Origin: an uncultured Lachnospiraceae bacterium
GTDB taxonomy: Bacteria; Bacillota; Clostridia; Lachnospirales; Lachnospiraceae
Assembly: GCA_944381405.1 (NCBI GenBank)
Contig: CALWLA010000007.1
Location: 8,014 to 72,013 of the forward strand
Direction: 5' to 3'
DNA length: 64,000 nucleotides
Made by a program: the position numbers and the translations under genes. The notes beneath the pieces were generated by a model. The model made no database searches. It was not told the DNA's origin and saw only the letters and a list, made by a program, of their open reading frames with translations. Of the stretch, positions 1-9,229 are shown one piece after another. Each line of letters starts with the position of its first letter. Positions within the stretch are counted from its first letter, which is position 1.

Positions 1-1091
1 ATTTCAGGGACCTCAGGGCCTTTGCCCTGGAGGCTTTGGAGGTGCTTTCAGGCGCTCCTTCGGCTGGGGAACGCAGGAGGCTGTGCAGCAGGCTTTATGG
101 CGCTCCGGAGGCTCCGACGGAGGGCCAGGGAGCGGAGCTTGGGCTCCTGCTATCCGTCTGGTCCGGAGAATTCCGGGATCTGATCCGGGCAGCCTGTGAA
201 AAAAATCTGAAGGATATGACGGTGCTTTTGGAAACCTTCCTGCAGCTTCTGACAGCCTTTGAGGAGGCCTGGGCGGAGCAGGGCCGTCTGCCGGATTCCC
301 AGGAGATCAAGGATATCCTGTATTCCTATGTATACGACTACTGCCTGGAGTTTACCCTGGAGGACCTGGAGCGGGCGCTGCGCCCGGCGGAAGCGCCCTC
401 CTGCAGGTGGCTCTGGGATGCGGATTTTGGGGAACCGGACTGGATCTATGAGCCGGGACTTCCGGTGACGGAAGCGGAATGCAGGCTTGCAGCGGACTTT
501 GGCGGGCTTTCAGAGGAACTGCTCCGTTCCATGGCGGAGGACTGCAGGGAAGAGGCGCTCCGGCTCTGGCAGGAGGCCTATGGAAGGACTGCGCCCCCCG
601 GCGCACTTTTTCTCCGGTTTCCGAAGGCGGCAGCCCCCCTTGGCAGAGCGGTGGCCCGGCAGCTGCAGGAGGCAGGCTTTTCCCTGTTCCTTCCGGCGGC
701 TCCGGTGCATCTGATCAACCGGGGACTTTCCCTGAACCCCTTTCCGGAAGCGGAAGGGGAGGCGGCTCTTCCTTTCAGACAGTGCCATAGGGAGGACCTG
801 GCGCTTTTTCTGGGCAGCCGCCTGAAGGCGGAAAAGCTGCGGAGCCTGGAACAGGCAGCAGGGATCCTGGCGGAAAGGACCGGGGGAAGGGCTGAGCTCT
901 TTGAGATCAGGATTCCCGGCGTTCCGGCGGCTTTGGAACCGGCCAGGGAAGCCGGAACCGGGGCGGCCTTTACGACCCGGCAGAAACGGCTCTGGGAGAG
1001 CCTTTTACAGAAACGGAAGGCCCTGTGGCCGGAGACGATGCCCAGGGGCGTTTTTCAGCCGGAACTCTTTACAAAGGAATCGACGAGGTAA
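1..1091 (+). CDS. hypothetical protein (5' end probably outside the window)
   Basis: Listed ORF 36..1091 starts at a TTG, but the same frame has no stop back to base 3, so the gene likely begins upstream. G/C-ending codon usage matches neighbours. No family or motif recognised. Confidence 0.55.
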   Translation, partial: FRDLRAFALEALEVLSGAPSAGERRRLCSRLYGAPEAPTEGQGAELGLLLSVWSGEFRDLIRAACEKNLKDMTVLLETFLQLLTAFEEAWAEQGRLPDSQEIKDILYSYVYDYCLEFTLEDLERALRPAEAPSCRWLWDADFGEPDWIYEPGLPVTEAECRLAADFGGLSEELLRSMAEDCREEALRLWQEAYGRTAPPGALFLRFPKAAAPLGRAVARQLQEAGFSLFLPAAPVHLINRGLSLNPFPEAEGEAALPFRQCHREDLALFLGSRLKAEKLRSLEQAAGILAERTGGRAELFEIRIPGVPAALEPAREAGTGAAFTTRQKRLWESLLQKRKALWPETMPRGVFQPELFTKESTR

Positions 1092-1097
1092 AACAGA

Positions 1098-1784
1098 ATG
1101 GATAAAAGAAAAGGACACAAGATGGCGGCGGGCCTGTGCCTTCTGGCAGCCCTTTCCCTTGCTTCCGGCTGCGGCAGCAAGGCGGAGCAGGAAACCACCG
1201 CAGCTTCCGCTTTGGCGGAGGAAACGATGACGGCGGCAGAAACCGCTGAAACGGAAACAGAGACCGAAGCAGAGACCGCGGAGACCTATCCCGGCACCCT
1301 GGCTGCGGCAGAAGGGGAGGAGCAGGCCTATTTCGGCGTGATGTACGCCTCTGTGCTGGACCTCTGGCAGGATGGAGAGGGCGTCAACATCTACAGCCTT
1401 CAGGACAGCAATGATCCGGAAAACATCTGGACCGTTTCCGGGCTCGACATCGGCCTTGTGGACACGGAGCTGGAAAAGGGAAGCCAGGCGGCGTTCCTCT
1501 TCAGCGGCGACATGGCCCGGGATCCGGAGCAGGTGGTGCTGGTGGCGGCGGTGCCCTATACGGCTTACCGGCTGGGCAGGGCGGAAGGCACTACGGACAA
1601 TAACATGATGAGCACCTTCTCCATCCGGACGGACAGCGGGGAGCAGATCTCCTTTCTGAAGGACGGCTGCAGGATCGAAGAAGGCGCCATGTCCAGAAAC
1701 GAAGGGGACCGGGTCGTCGTCTATTATGCCTATAGTCAGGAAAATGCGGTCTATTACCCTCTGGAGGTACGGGCGGCAGAATAA
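1098..1784 (+). CDS. putative lipoprotein, unknown function
   Basis: Signal peptide ending in lipobox LASGC, followed by an Ala/Glu/Thr-rich linker (AETAETETETEAETAET) and a globular C-terminal part. No family recognised. Confidence 0.7.
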   Translation: MDKRKGHKMAAGLCLLAALSLASGCGSKAEQETTAASALAEETMTAAETAETETETEAETAETYPGTLAAAEGEEQAYFGVMYASVLDLWQDGEGVNIYSLQDSNDPENIWTVSGLDIGLVDTELEKGSQAAFLFSGDMARDPEQVVLVAAVPYTAYRLGRAEGTTDNNMMSTFSIRTDSGEQISFLKDGCRIEEGAMSRNEGDRVVVYYAYSQENAVYYPLEVRAAE

Positions 1785-1824
1785 CTGTGGAGCTTCCGGC
1801 AGCGGCTTTTATTGAAGCGCCGGA

Positions 1825-3276
1825 GTGGAAAAGAGCATGGGAACAAAGATGTACAGAGAAAACAAAAAAGGGCTCCGGCGTCTGACTGGATTTTGGTGCG
1901 CGGCGGCGCTGATCCTCGGGCTGTTCTTTACGGCAGGCGCCGGGCAGGCCTATGGCGCGCCGGGGTGGCCAACCCTCTCCCAGTCCGTGAACGCAGGTGC
2001 TGCCATCTGCATGGATGCGGATACGGGGGCGATTCTCTATGGAAAAAATATCAACGAAAAGCATTATCCGGCTTCCATCACCAAGATCATGACAGCGCTT
2101 CTGGTGGTGGAAAACTGCAGCCTGGATGAGACGGTGACCTTTTCGGAAAGCGCGGTGACAGGCCTGGAGGCGGGGGCGGTAACGGCCTTTACCTCGGCAG
2201 GAGACCAGCTTTCCGTCAGAGACTGCCTCTATGCCCTTTTGTTCCGTTCCGCCAACGAGGTGGCAAACGCCCTGGCGGAGCATGTGGCAGGCAGCGTCAG
2301 CGCCTTTGCGGATATGATGAACGCGAAGGCGAAGTCCCTGGGCTGCCGGAACACCCATTTTGTCAATCCCAATGGACTGAACGATTCAGACCACTACACC
2401 ACGGCCTATGATATGGCGCTCATCGCCAGGGCCTGCATGGAAAACGAGACCTTCCTGTCCATTGAAACCGTGGACAGCTACACCATCGGCCCTACCCAGA
2501 AAAGGCCCAACGGCCTGACGGTGACCCTGGGCCATAAGATGAAGCGCAGCGGAACGGCATATTCCGACAGCCGTGTGGTGGCGGGAAAGACCGGATTCAC
2601 CAGCAGCGCGGGAAATACCCTTGTGACCATGGCGGAGGAAGGGGACCGGAGGCTTGTGGCGGTGGTGCTGCAGGACCGGAATCCCCAGCACTATACGGAT
2701 ACCGGCGCCATGCTGGACCTGGGCTTTTATTCCTTTGAAAACCTGGAGGCTCCGGAGCTTTTTGACGGAAAAGCCCTGGAGACCCAGCTGATCACCGACG
2801 GCGTCCTGCCCCAGGGAGAGGGGGCCAACAATCTGGAAACGGACCGGCCTCTGCAGGTGTCCCTGCCAAAGGGGGCTGCGGTTTCGGATCTGAGCTGCGA
2901 CATGGACTATAACCTGTCAGGAGGCGCGCCGGAGGAGGCGGTGGCACAGATGACCTTCCTCTATGGCGGAGACCATACGGCAGGCTCTTACTATATCCTG
3001 AACTCCAGGGAATCCAACCTGAGCATCCTGGACGTTTCCTCACCGGCTGCAGTGGCCATCGTCAGCATTTCCCTGGCGACCATCATCGGCATCGGCGCCT
3101 TCTTCCTGCTGGGAGGCGGCACCGCCTGGCACATGCACAACGTCAAGGTGGAAAAGCGGCGCAGGGAACGGATGCGCCGCCGGCGCCGCAGAAGGCTTGA
3201 GGCCATGGGCATGAGCGAGGAGGAATTCCAGCGGCTGGTACAGCGGCACCGGGATCATCCGGAGGACTGGGAATAA
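1825..3276 (+). CDS. D-alanyl-D-alanine carboxypeptidase (low-MW PBP, peptidase S11)
   Basis: Active-site motifs SxxK (ASITK), SxN (RSANE) and KTG (GKTGFT). N-terminal signal/TM segment. C-terminal TM segment followed by an Arg-rich tail (RRRERMRRRRRRR). Alternative starts at ATG 1837/1849. Confidence 0.9.
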   Translation: MEKSMGTKMYRENKKGLRRLTGFWCAAALILGLFFTAGAGQAYGAPGWPTLSQSVNAGAAICMDADTGAILYGKNINEKHYPASITKIMTALLVVENCSLDETVTFSESAVTGLEAGAVTAFTSAGDQLSVRDCLYALLFRSANEVANALAEHVAGSVSAFADMMNAKAKSLGCRNTHFVNPNGLNDSDHYTTAYDMALIARACMENETFLSIETVDSYTIGPTQKRPNGLTVTLGHKMKRSGTAYSDSRVVAGKTGFTSSAGNTLVTMAEEGDRRLVAVVLQDRNPQHYTDTGAMLDLGFYSFENLEAPELFDGKALETQLITDGVLPQGEGANNLETDRPLQVSLPKGAAVSDLSCDMDYNLSGGAPEEAVAQMTFLYGGDHTAGSYYILNSRESNLSILDVSSPAAVAIVSISLATIIGIGAFFLLGGGTAWHMHNVKVEKRRRERMRRRRRRRLEAMGMSEEEFQRLVQRHRDHPEDWE

Positions 3277-3334
3277 AGCGTCCCGAAGGCTGCGGCGGTC
3301 AGAGGATAAAACGGAAGATTAGACGGAGAAAGAC

Positions 3335-3811
3335 ATGGATACGGAAAAGGACCAAAAACAAAAGGGAGCCGGAAAAAGGCTCTTGGGCAGGATCTTGAAT
3401 TATGAAACGATCTCATATCTGGTGATCGGGGTGCTGACCACCCTGGTGGACTACCTGGTATTTGCCCTGGTGAACGAGGGCCTGCAGGCCGGGGGATTTT
3501 TCTCGGAGACGGCGGCGGTCATGATCGCTACCGTGGTCTCCTGGCTGGCGGCAGTCATATTTGCCTATATCACCAACAAGCTGATCGTCTTCCGGAATTT
3601 CTGCATGAAGCCCTCCTATCTGGCAAAGGAAGCCTCCGGCTTTTTTGCCGCAAGGGTCATGAGCGGGGTGATCACCCTGGCGCTCATGTGGCTCATGACG
3701 GATCTGGGCAGCATCAACGAATATATCGCAAAGATCATCACCTCTGTGTTCAACATGGTATTCAACTATGTAGCCAGCAAGCTCTGGATCTTTAAGAAAA
3801 AGGACGCATAA
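3335..3811 (+). CDS. GtrA family membrane protein
   Basis: 158 aa with four hydrophobic segments. GtrA-like ends (LVIGVLTTLVDYLVFALV ... NYVASKLWIFKKK). Confidence 0.85.
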   Translation: MDTEKDQKQKGAGKRLLGRILNYETISYLVIGVLTTLVDYLVFALVNEGLQAGGFFSETAAVMIATVVSWLAAVIFAYITNKLIVFRNFCMKPSYLAKEASGFFAARVMSGVITLALMWLMTDLGSINEYIAKIITSVFNMVFNYVASKLWIFKKKDA

Positions 3812-3857
3812 AAAGAGCGGGAAAGCAGGACGTTTACAAAAGAGCACGGAAAGCGGG

Positions 3858-6626
3858 ATGTTTACAGCGGGGAAAGGAACTGGCAGCATGACGGCTTTTG
3901 AAGAAGAATCCTGGCAGCAGGATAGAAGGGAAAAAAGAAAAAACTATCTGTTTACCGACAGGGACGCCTATCTGGCGGCCTTCCTGGCCCCTGTGCTGAT
4001 CCTGGTTGCGGTGCTGATCTGCAACCGGGTGTTTCCCTTCGGGGAGGAATGCTTCCTCCGGACGGATATGTATCATCAGTATGCTCCCTTCTTTTCCGAG
4101 CTCCAGGAAAAGCTGCGGAACGGGGGCTCTCTGCTCTACAGCTGGAACATCGGCCTGGGGGTCAATTTCACGGCCCTCTACGCCTATTATCTGGCAAGCC
4201 CCCTGAACTGGTTCGTGATCTTCTGCCCCAAGGAATACATCATCGAATTCATGACGGTGATGGTGGTGCTGAAGCTGGGCCTTGCGGGCCTTACCATGAC
4301 CTGGTACCTGAAGGACCGTTATAGACGGCAGGGCCTGGGAGCGGCTTTTTTCGGCATCTTCTATGCCTTGTCCGGTTATATGGCGGCCTATTACTGGAAT
4401 CTTATGTGGCTGGACTGCATCGTGCTGCTGCCGGTGGTGCTGCGGGGCCTGGAACGGCTTGTGACGGAGAAAAAGGGCATCCTCTATGCAGGAGCCCTGG
4501 GACTGAGCATCCTGTCCAATTATTATATCTCCATCATGACCTGCTTGTTCCTGGTGCTGTATTTCCTTACGCTGAACATTCTGGAACGGCCGGGATCCTT
4601 CGGCGTCTTTTTTGGAAGATGCCTGCGCTTTGCGGGTTACAGCCTGCTGGCGGGCGGCCTTTCCGCAGTGTTGCTGCTGCCGGAGATCGCAGCCCTTTCC
4701 TATACCGCCTCCTACGATGTGGTGTTCCCTCAGACCATCACCCAGTATTTTACGGTGATCGACATGCTGGCAAGGCATCTGCCGGGGGTGGAAACGGAGC
4801 AGGGGCTGGACCACTGGCCGAACATCTACTGCGGCACCGGCGTGTTCCTGCTTTTCGGGCTGTATCTGTCCGCCAAAAGGATCAGCCTGCGGGAAAAGGC
4901 GGTCTATAGCGGCCTTTTGCTGCTGTTTCTGCTGAGCTTTTCCGTCAACCTTCTGAATTTCATCTGGCACGGCTTCCATTACCCCAATTCCCTGCCGGCC
5001 CGCCAGTCCTTCATCTATATCTTCCTGATGCTTCTGGTGTGCTACCGGGCCTACATGCAGCTTGGCGGCATTTCCCCCGGGACCCTGGGCAGGACCTTTC
5101 TGGCAGGGGCGGCCTTTATCCTGCTTTGTCAGAAGCTGATCACCGCCAGACATTTTCAGTTCGGGGTCTATTATGTAGGCCTTCTGCTGCTGGCGCTGTA
5201 TGCCCTGGTGATCTACCTGTACAGGACCGGCAGGCTCAGGCGGTCCGGGGCGGCCCTTCTGGCCCTCTGTATCGTTATGGGAGAGGCGGCGGGCAACACG
5301 GCCATGACCTCCATCACCACCACCTCCCGCACTGCCTACACAAAGGACAATGAGGACGTGAGGACCCTGGTGGATTCTCTCTTTCCCAGCACCGGATTTT
5401 TCCGGGTGGAAAAGATCAGCCGCAAGACGAAAAACGACGGCGCCTGGATGAACTTCCCCTCCGTGTCGCTGTTTTCCTCCATGGCAAACGCCGACTGCAC
5501 GGATTTCTTCAGCGCCCTGGGCTGCGAGGCTTCTACCAACGCCTATAGCATTACGGGCTCCACACCGCTGGTGAATATGCTGTTTTCCGTAAAATACGCC
5601 ATCTACAATGCGCCCCAGGAGGACGGGGAGGAAAAGAAATTCCTGGAGAGCATCGGGGAGAGCTATCTCTATCAGAACAATTATGCACTGCCTGTGGGCT
5701 TTATGATGCCTGCGGCCATGGAAAACTGGCTGCAGGATCTGGATAACCCGGCCCTGGTGCAGGACGCCCTCTGCGACGTCCTGGGTACCGAGGCGGTGCT
5801 TCAGCCAAACGGAGAGCTGCCCAGCGAATCCGGCGCGGACTTTGCCGTCACCATTTCCCAGGACGGAGAGTACTATGCCTTTGTGACCAATCCGATGGTG
5901 AAGAAGGTAAAGGTGACGGCTGCGGGAACGGAACGCAGCTTTGAAAATGTGGACAGAGGGTATCTTCTGGAGCTGGGGAATCTGAAGCAGGGGGATCTGG
6001 TGCAGATGCGCTCCGAAACCGACGGACAGGATATGCAGGCCCAGATCTACCGCTTCGATTACGACGCTCTGCGGGAGGTCTACGGACAGCTTTCGGCGTA
6101 TCCGCTGCGGCTGGATGTCTGGGAGGATACCCGGCTGCGGGGCACGGTCACGGTGGATCCGGAGGCACTTTTTTCCGGAGACGGCAAAGGGAAACTCTTT
6201 CTGAGCATTCCCTACGACCGGGGCTGGAAGGCTTTTGTGGACGGAGAGCCGGTGGAGACCGTGAAGATCTTCGATACCTTCCTGGGAGTGGAGCTGCCGG
6301 AGGGAGAGCATCTTCTTGAGCTTCAGTATCAGCCGGAGGGCCTTGCGGAAGGTATGCTGATCTCCGGCGCGTCCCTGCTGCTGCTTTTGCTTTTGGCGCT
6401 TTTCACAAGGCTCAGGAACCGGAGGCCCGGCCCGGCCTCCACGGAAGAGGACGAGGAAGCGGCAGAAGAGGAAGAGACGGAAACAGAGGATTCCGAAGCA
6501 GAAGAGCTGGAAACGGAAGCGGAAGAAAACATGCCGGAGGGGGCTATGCCGGAAGAAGGACGGCAGCCCGGCCCCTGGGAGACCCTGGAGCCCTCCAGGG
6601 AGGAGCGGTATTTTTTAAAGGATTAG
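3858..6626 (+). CDS. YfhO family membrane glycosyltransferase-like protein
   Basis: 922 aa with a polytopic N-terminal ~500 aa and a large extracytoplasmic C-terminal domain, the architecture typical of bacterial YfhO. Final TM segment followed by a Glu-rich acidic tail. ATG 3888 is an alternative start with a better-placed GAAAGGA. Confidence 0.8.
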   Translation: MFTAGKGTGSMTAFEEESWQQDRREKRKNYLFTDRDAYLAAFLAPVLILVAVLICNRVFPFGEECFLRTDMYHQYAPFFSELQEKLRNGGSLLYSWNIGLGVNFTALYAYYLASPLNWFVIFCPKEYIIEFMTVMVVLKLGLAGLTMTWYLKDRYRRQGLGAAFFGIFYALSGYMAAYYWNLMWLDCIVLLPVVLRGLERLVTEKKGILYAGALGLSILSNYYISIMTCLFLVLYFLTLNILERPGSFGVFFGRCLRFAGYSLLAGGLSAVLLLPEIAALSYTASYDVVFPQTITQYFTVIDMLARHLPGVETEQGLDHWPNIYCGTGVFLLFGLYLSAKRISLREKAVYSGLLLLFLLSFSVNLLNFIWHGFHYPNSLPARQSFIYIFLMLLVCYRAYMQLGGISPGTLGRTFLAGAAFILLCQKLITARHFQFGVYYVGLLLLALYALVIYLYRTGRLRRSGAALLALCIVMGEAAGNTAMTSITTTSRTAYTKDNEDVRTLVDSLFPSTGFFRVEKISRKTKNDGAWMNFPSVSLFSSMANADCTDFFSALGCEASTNAYSITGSTPLVNMLFSVKYAIYNAPQEDGEEKKFLESIGESYLYQNNYALPVGFMMPAAMENWLQDLDNPALVQDALCDVLGTEAVLQPNGELPSESGADFAVTISQDGEYYAFVTNPMVKKVKVTAAGTERSFENVDRGYLLELGNLKQGDLVQMRSETDGQDMQAQIYRFDYDALREVYGQLSAYPLRLDVWEDTRLRGTVTVDPEALFSGDGKGKLFLSIPYDRGWKAFVDGEPVETVKIFDTFLGVELPEGEHLLELQYQPEGLAEGMLISGASLLLLLLLALFTRLRNRRPGPASTEEDEEAAEEEETETEDSEAEELETEAEENMPEGAMPEEGRQPGPWETLEPSREERYFLKD

Positions 6627-6638
6627 GAGGACAAAAGG

Positions 6639-7487
6639 GTGAAGGAGCTTAGGGGAAAGGAAGTGGCGGAGCATATCCGGCAGGAGGTGCTGGCAGGAGC
6701 GGAGCGCTTTGAAAAGGCCATGGGCAGAAAGCCCAGGCTGGTGATCCTGCGCTGCGGCGAAAAGCCGGCGGATCTGGCCTATGAGAGGAACGCCCTGAAA
6801 AAGGCGGAGCAGTTCGGTCTGGAGGCGGCAGCGGAGCAGTTTCCGGAGGACGTGGCGGACAGCGTGTTCCAGCACCGGTTCTTCGAGCTGAACGAGGACC
6901 GGCGCACGGACGGCATCCTGTTGCTCCGGCCGCTGCCGAAGCAGCTGAACGAGGGCTTCCTCATCAGCTCCATGGATGCGGAAAAGGATCTGGACGGCAT
7001 CAGCCCGGTAAACGCCGCAGGGGTCTATCTCGGCACGGAAAGCTTTGCCCCCTGTACGGCGGAGGCGGTGATGGAGCTTTTGCATTTTTACGGAATCGAG
7101 ACAGCAGGCAGACATGTGGTGATCATTGGACGCTCTGCGGTGGTGGGAAAGCCCCTTTCCATGCTGCTGCTGGAGGAGAACGCCACCGTCACCATCTGCC
7201 ACAGCCATACGGAGGAACTGCAGAAGGTCTGCAGGAAAGCGGACATCCTGATCAGCGCCGCAGGAAAGCCCCGGTTCGTAACGGAGGAATTTATCCGGCG
7301 GGGGACCGTGGTGATCGACGTGGGCATGAATGCAGGTCCTGACGGACATCTCTGCGGGGATGTGGATTTTGAGCGCTGCCGGAAAAAGGCGTCTGCCATG
7401 ACGCCGGTGCCGGGAGGCGTCGGTGCCATCACCACGGCGGTGCTCATGAAGCACCTGCTGCAGGCGGCGGAGGGAAATCTGCTGTAA
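6639..7487 (+). CDS. folD: bifunctional methylenetetrahydrofolate dehydrogenase/methenyl-THF cyclohydrolase
   Basis: GTG start. Rossmann segment VVIIGRSAVVGKP and C-terminal TPVPGGVGAITTAVLM typical of FolD. Confidence 0.93.
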   Translation: MKELRGKEVAEHIRQEVLAGAERFEKAMGRKPRLVILRCGEKPADLAYERNALKKAEQFGLEAAAEQFPEDVADSVFQHRFFELNEDRRTDGILLLRPLPKQLNEGFLISSMDAEKDLDGISPVNAAGVYLGTESFAPCTAEAVMELLHFYGIETAGRHVVIIGRSAVVGKPLSMLLLEENATVTICHSHTEELQKVCRKADILISAAGKPRFVTEEFIRRGTVVIDVGMNAGPDGHLCGDVDFERCRKKASAMTPVPGGVGAITTAVLMKHLLQAAEGNLL

Positions 7488-7512
7488 AGAAACGGAAAAG
7501 CGCGGAAAGGGC

Positions 7513-7541
7513 TTGATGAAACCAGGTCCTTTTTGTATAAT
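7513..7541 (+). promoter_or_regulatory. candidate sigma-A promoter for the SEC-C gene
   Basis: TTGATG (7513-7518), 17-nt spacer, TATAAT (7536-7541), about 95 nt upstream of ATG 7637. Confidence 0.4.
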
Positions 7542-7636
7542 GATAAGGCTATGGACGTCCGGGAGACCGGCGCCTTAAGAAAAAGAAAAACACAGGCCCT
7601 TACGGCCTGCAATGGATAGACGGAGGAAGAACAGTC

Positions 7637-8149
7637 ATGACATTACTGGAACAGTGGAGAAACAAGGCCTACGGAGATCAGCTGGACAAAAAGGCCCAGG
7701 AAAAGCTCTGGACGGATTATTTTCTGGTAGAAAAAGGAATCTATGAGCAGCTGCTTTCCCAGCCGGATCAGGTGGTAGAGGGCTCTGTAAAGGAGCTGGC
7801 GGAGAAATACGGCACGGACATCGAGACCATGACGGGATTTCTGGATGGCATCAACGAGTCCCTGAAGGGCTACGAGAACCCCATCGAGACCATGGATGAG
7901 AACACCAGCGTCAAGATCGAGATCGATCCGGAAAAGCTTTACTACAACATGGTGGACGCAAAGGCAAACTGGCTTTACAATCTGCCCCAGTGGGATTCCA
8001 TCCTTTCCGAGGAAAAGCGGAAGGAGCTTTACCACAGCTGCAAGATCTCCGGAACCGTCCGCCGCACCGGGAAAAAGGTATATCCCAACGATCCCTGTCC
8101 CTGCGGGAGTGGCAAGAAGTACAAAAAGTGCTGCGGCAAGAACGCTTAA
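7637..8149 (+). CDS. SEC-C metal-binding domain protein
   Basis: C-terminal SEC-C zinc motif [14 protein letters not shown]. The N-terminal ~140 aa are not recognised. Confidence 0.8.
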   Translation: MTLLEQWRNKAYGDQLDKKAQEKLWTDYFLVEKGIYEQLLSQPDQVVEGSVKELAEKYGTDIETMTGFLDGINESLKGYENPIETMDENTSVKIEIDPEKLYYNMVDAKANWLYNLPQWDSILSEEKRKELYHSCKISGTVRRTGKKVYPNDPCPCGSGKKYKKCCGKNA

Positions 8150-8167
8150 GGAACAGAACCCTGATTT

Positions 8168-8203
8168 CAGACACATCGGCAAGCCGTATGTGTCTGTTTC
8201 TTT
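8168..8203 (+). terminator. rho-independent terminator after the SEC-C gene
   Basis: CAGACACAT(8168-8176)/ATGTGTCTG(8188-8196) 9-bp stem with an inner CGG/CCG helix, followed by TTTCTTT. Confidence 0.7.
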
Positions 8204-8205
8204 GT

Positions 8206-8304
8206 GAAACACCCTTCGGGTGTACCGCTATGCCGTGAAAAGCACGGCAGAATCGATGAAATACCCTTCGGGTATACCATTATGCCGTGAAAAGCACGGC
8301 AGAA
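8206..8304 (+). repeat. tandem 52-nt duplication of a two-hairpin module in the hslO leader
   Basis: Unit A is 8206-8252 and unit B is 8258-8304, differing at 4 of 47 positions. Each unit holds hairpin 1 (ACACCC-UUC-GGGUGU in A, AUACCC-UUC-GGGUAU in B) and hairpin 2 (UGCCGUG-AAAAG-CACGGCA). The C>U and G>A changes in hairpin 1 are compensatory. Confidence 0.75.
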
Positions 8305-8314
8305 AAGGAGGAAA

Positions 8315-9199
8315 ATGCCCATGGATTATATGGTAAGGGCCACGGCGGCGGAAGGCATGCTGCGGGCCTTCTGCGTAACGGAACGGGATACGGTGGAGGC
8401 TGCAAGAAAGGCCCACAACACCTCCCCTGTGGCCACGGCGGCCCTGGGACGGCTCATGGCGGCGGCCCTGATGATGGGGGCGGACTTAAAGGAGGAAGGA
8501 GCCCTTCTGACCCTGAAGATCGGCTGTGACGGCCCCATCGGCGGCCTTCTGGTGACGGCGGACGGCCAGGGAAACGTCAAGGGCTATGTCAATGAGCCCG
8601 GCGTCATGCTGCCTGCCAATGAATTCGGAAAGCTGGACGTAGGCGGCGCTCTGGGCAACGGCGTGCTGTCCGTCATCCGGGACATCGGCCTGAAGGAGCC
8701 CTATGTGGGCCAGACTATGCTGGTATCCGGAGAGATCGCCGAGGACATCACCTATTATTTTGCGGCATCTGAGCAGACCCCTTCCTCCGTGGCCCTGGGG
8801 GTGCTGATGAACCGGGACAACACGGTGCGCAGGGCAGGGGGCTTCATGCTGCAGCTGATGCCCGGAGCGCCGGAGGAGCTGATCTCCGCCCTGGAGGAGC
8901 GGCTTTCCCATATCCGTCCGGTGACGGAGCTTCTGGACCGGGAGATGACGCCGGAGGAGATCCTTTCAGAGGTGCTGGCCGGCTTCCAGCCGGAATTCCA
9001 CGGCCAGACCCCGGTGCGCTTTTTCTGCGGCTGTACCAGGGAGCGGGTGGAAAAGGCCCTGATCAGCATCGGGAAAAAGGAGCTTGCGGAAATGATCGCA
9101 GAGGGAAAGGACATCGAGACGGTCTGCCATTTCTGCGGAAAGAAATACCGGTTTACGCCGGAGGAGCTTCAGACGCTTCTGGAAAAGGCCAGGAGCTGA
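8315..9199 (+). CDS. hslO: redox-regulated chaperone Hsp33
   Basis: Hsp33 length and layout. C-terminal zinc centre CGCTRERV ... CHFCGKKY. AAAGGAGG RBS 4 nt after repeat unit B. Confidence 0.93.
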   Translation: MPMDYMVRATAAEGMLRAFCVTERDTVEAARKAHNTSPVATAALGRLMAAALMMGADLKEEGALLTLKIGCDGPIGGLLVTADGQGNVKGYVNEPGVMLPANEFGKLDVGGALGNGVLSVIRDIGLKEPYVGQTMLVSGEIAEDITYYFAASEQTPSSVALGVLMNRDNTVRRAGGFMLQLMPGAPEELISALEERLSHIRPVTELLDREMTPEEILSEVLAGFQPEFHGQTPVRFFCGCTRERVEKALISIGKKELAEMIAEGKDIETVCHFCGKKYRFTPEELQTLLEKARS

Positions 9200-9229
9200 C
9201 ACAGGAAAAACAGCGAGGAGGAGATCGAA

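Noticed and set aside
3834-6311. 825-aa ORF on the minus strand
   Set aside because: It lies fully antisense to the well-supported YfhO-family gene. The translation is Arg/Gly/Pro/His/Gln-rich low-complexity sequence with no motifs. Long antisense shadow ORFs of this kind are expected in GC-rich coding DNA.
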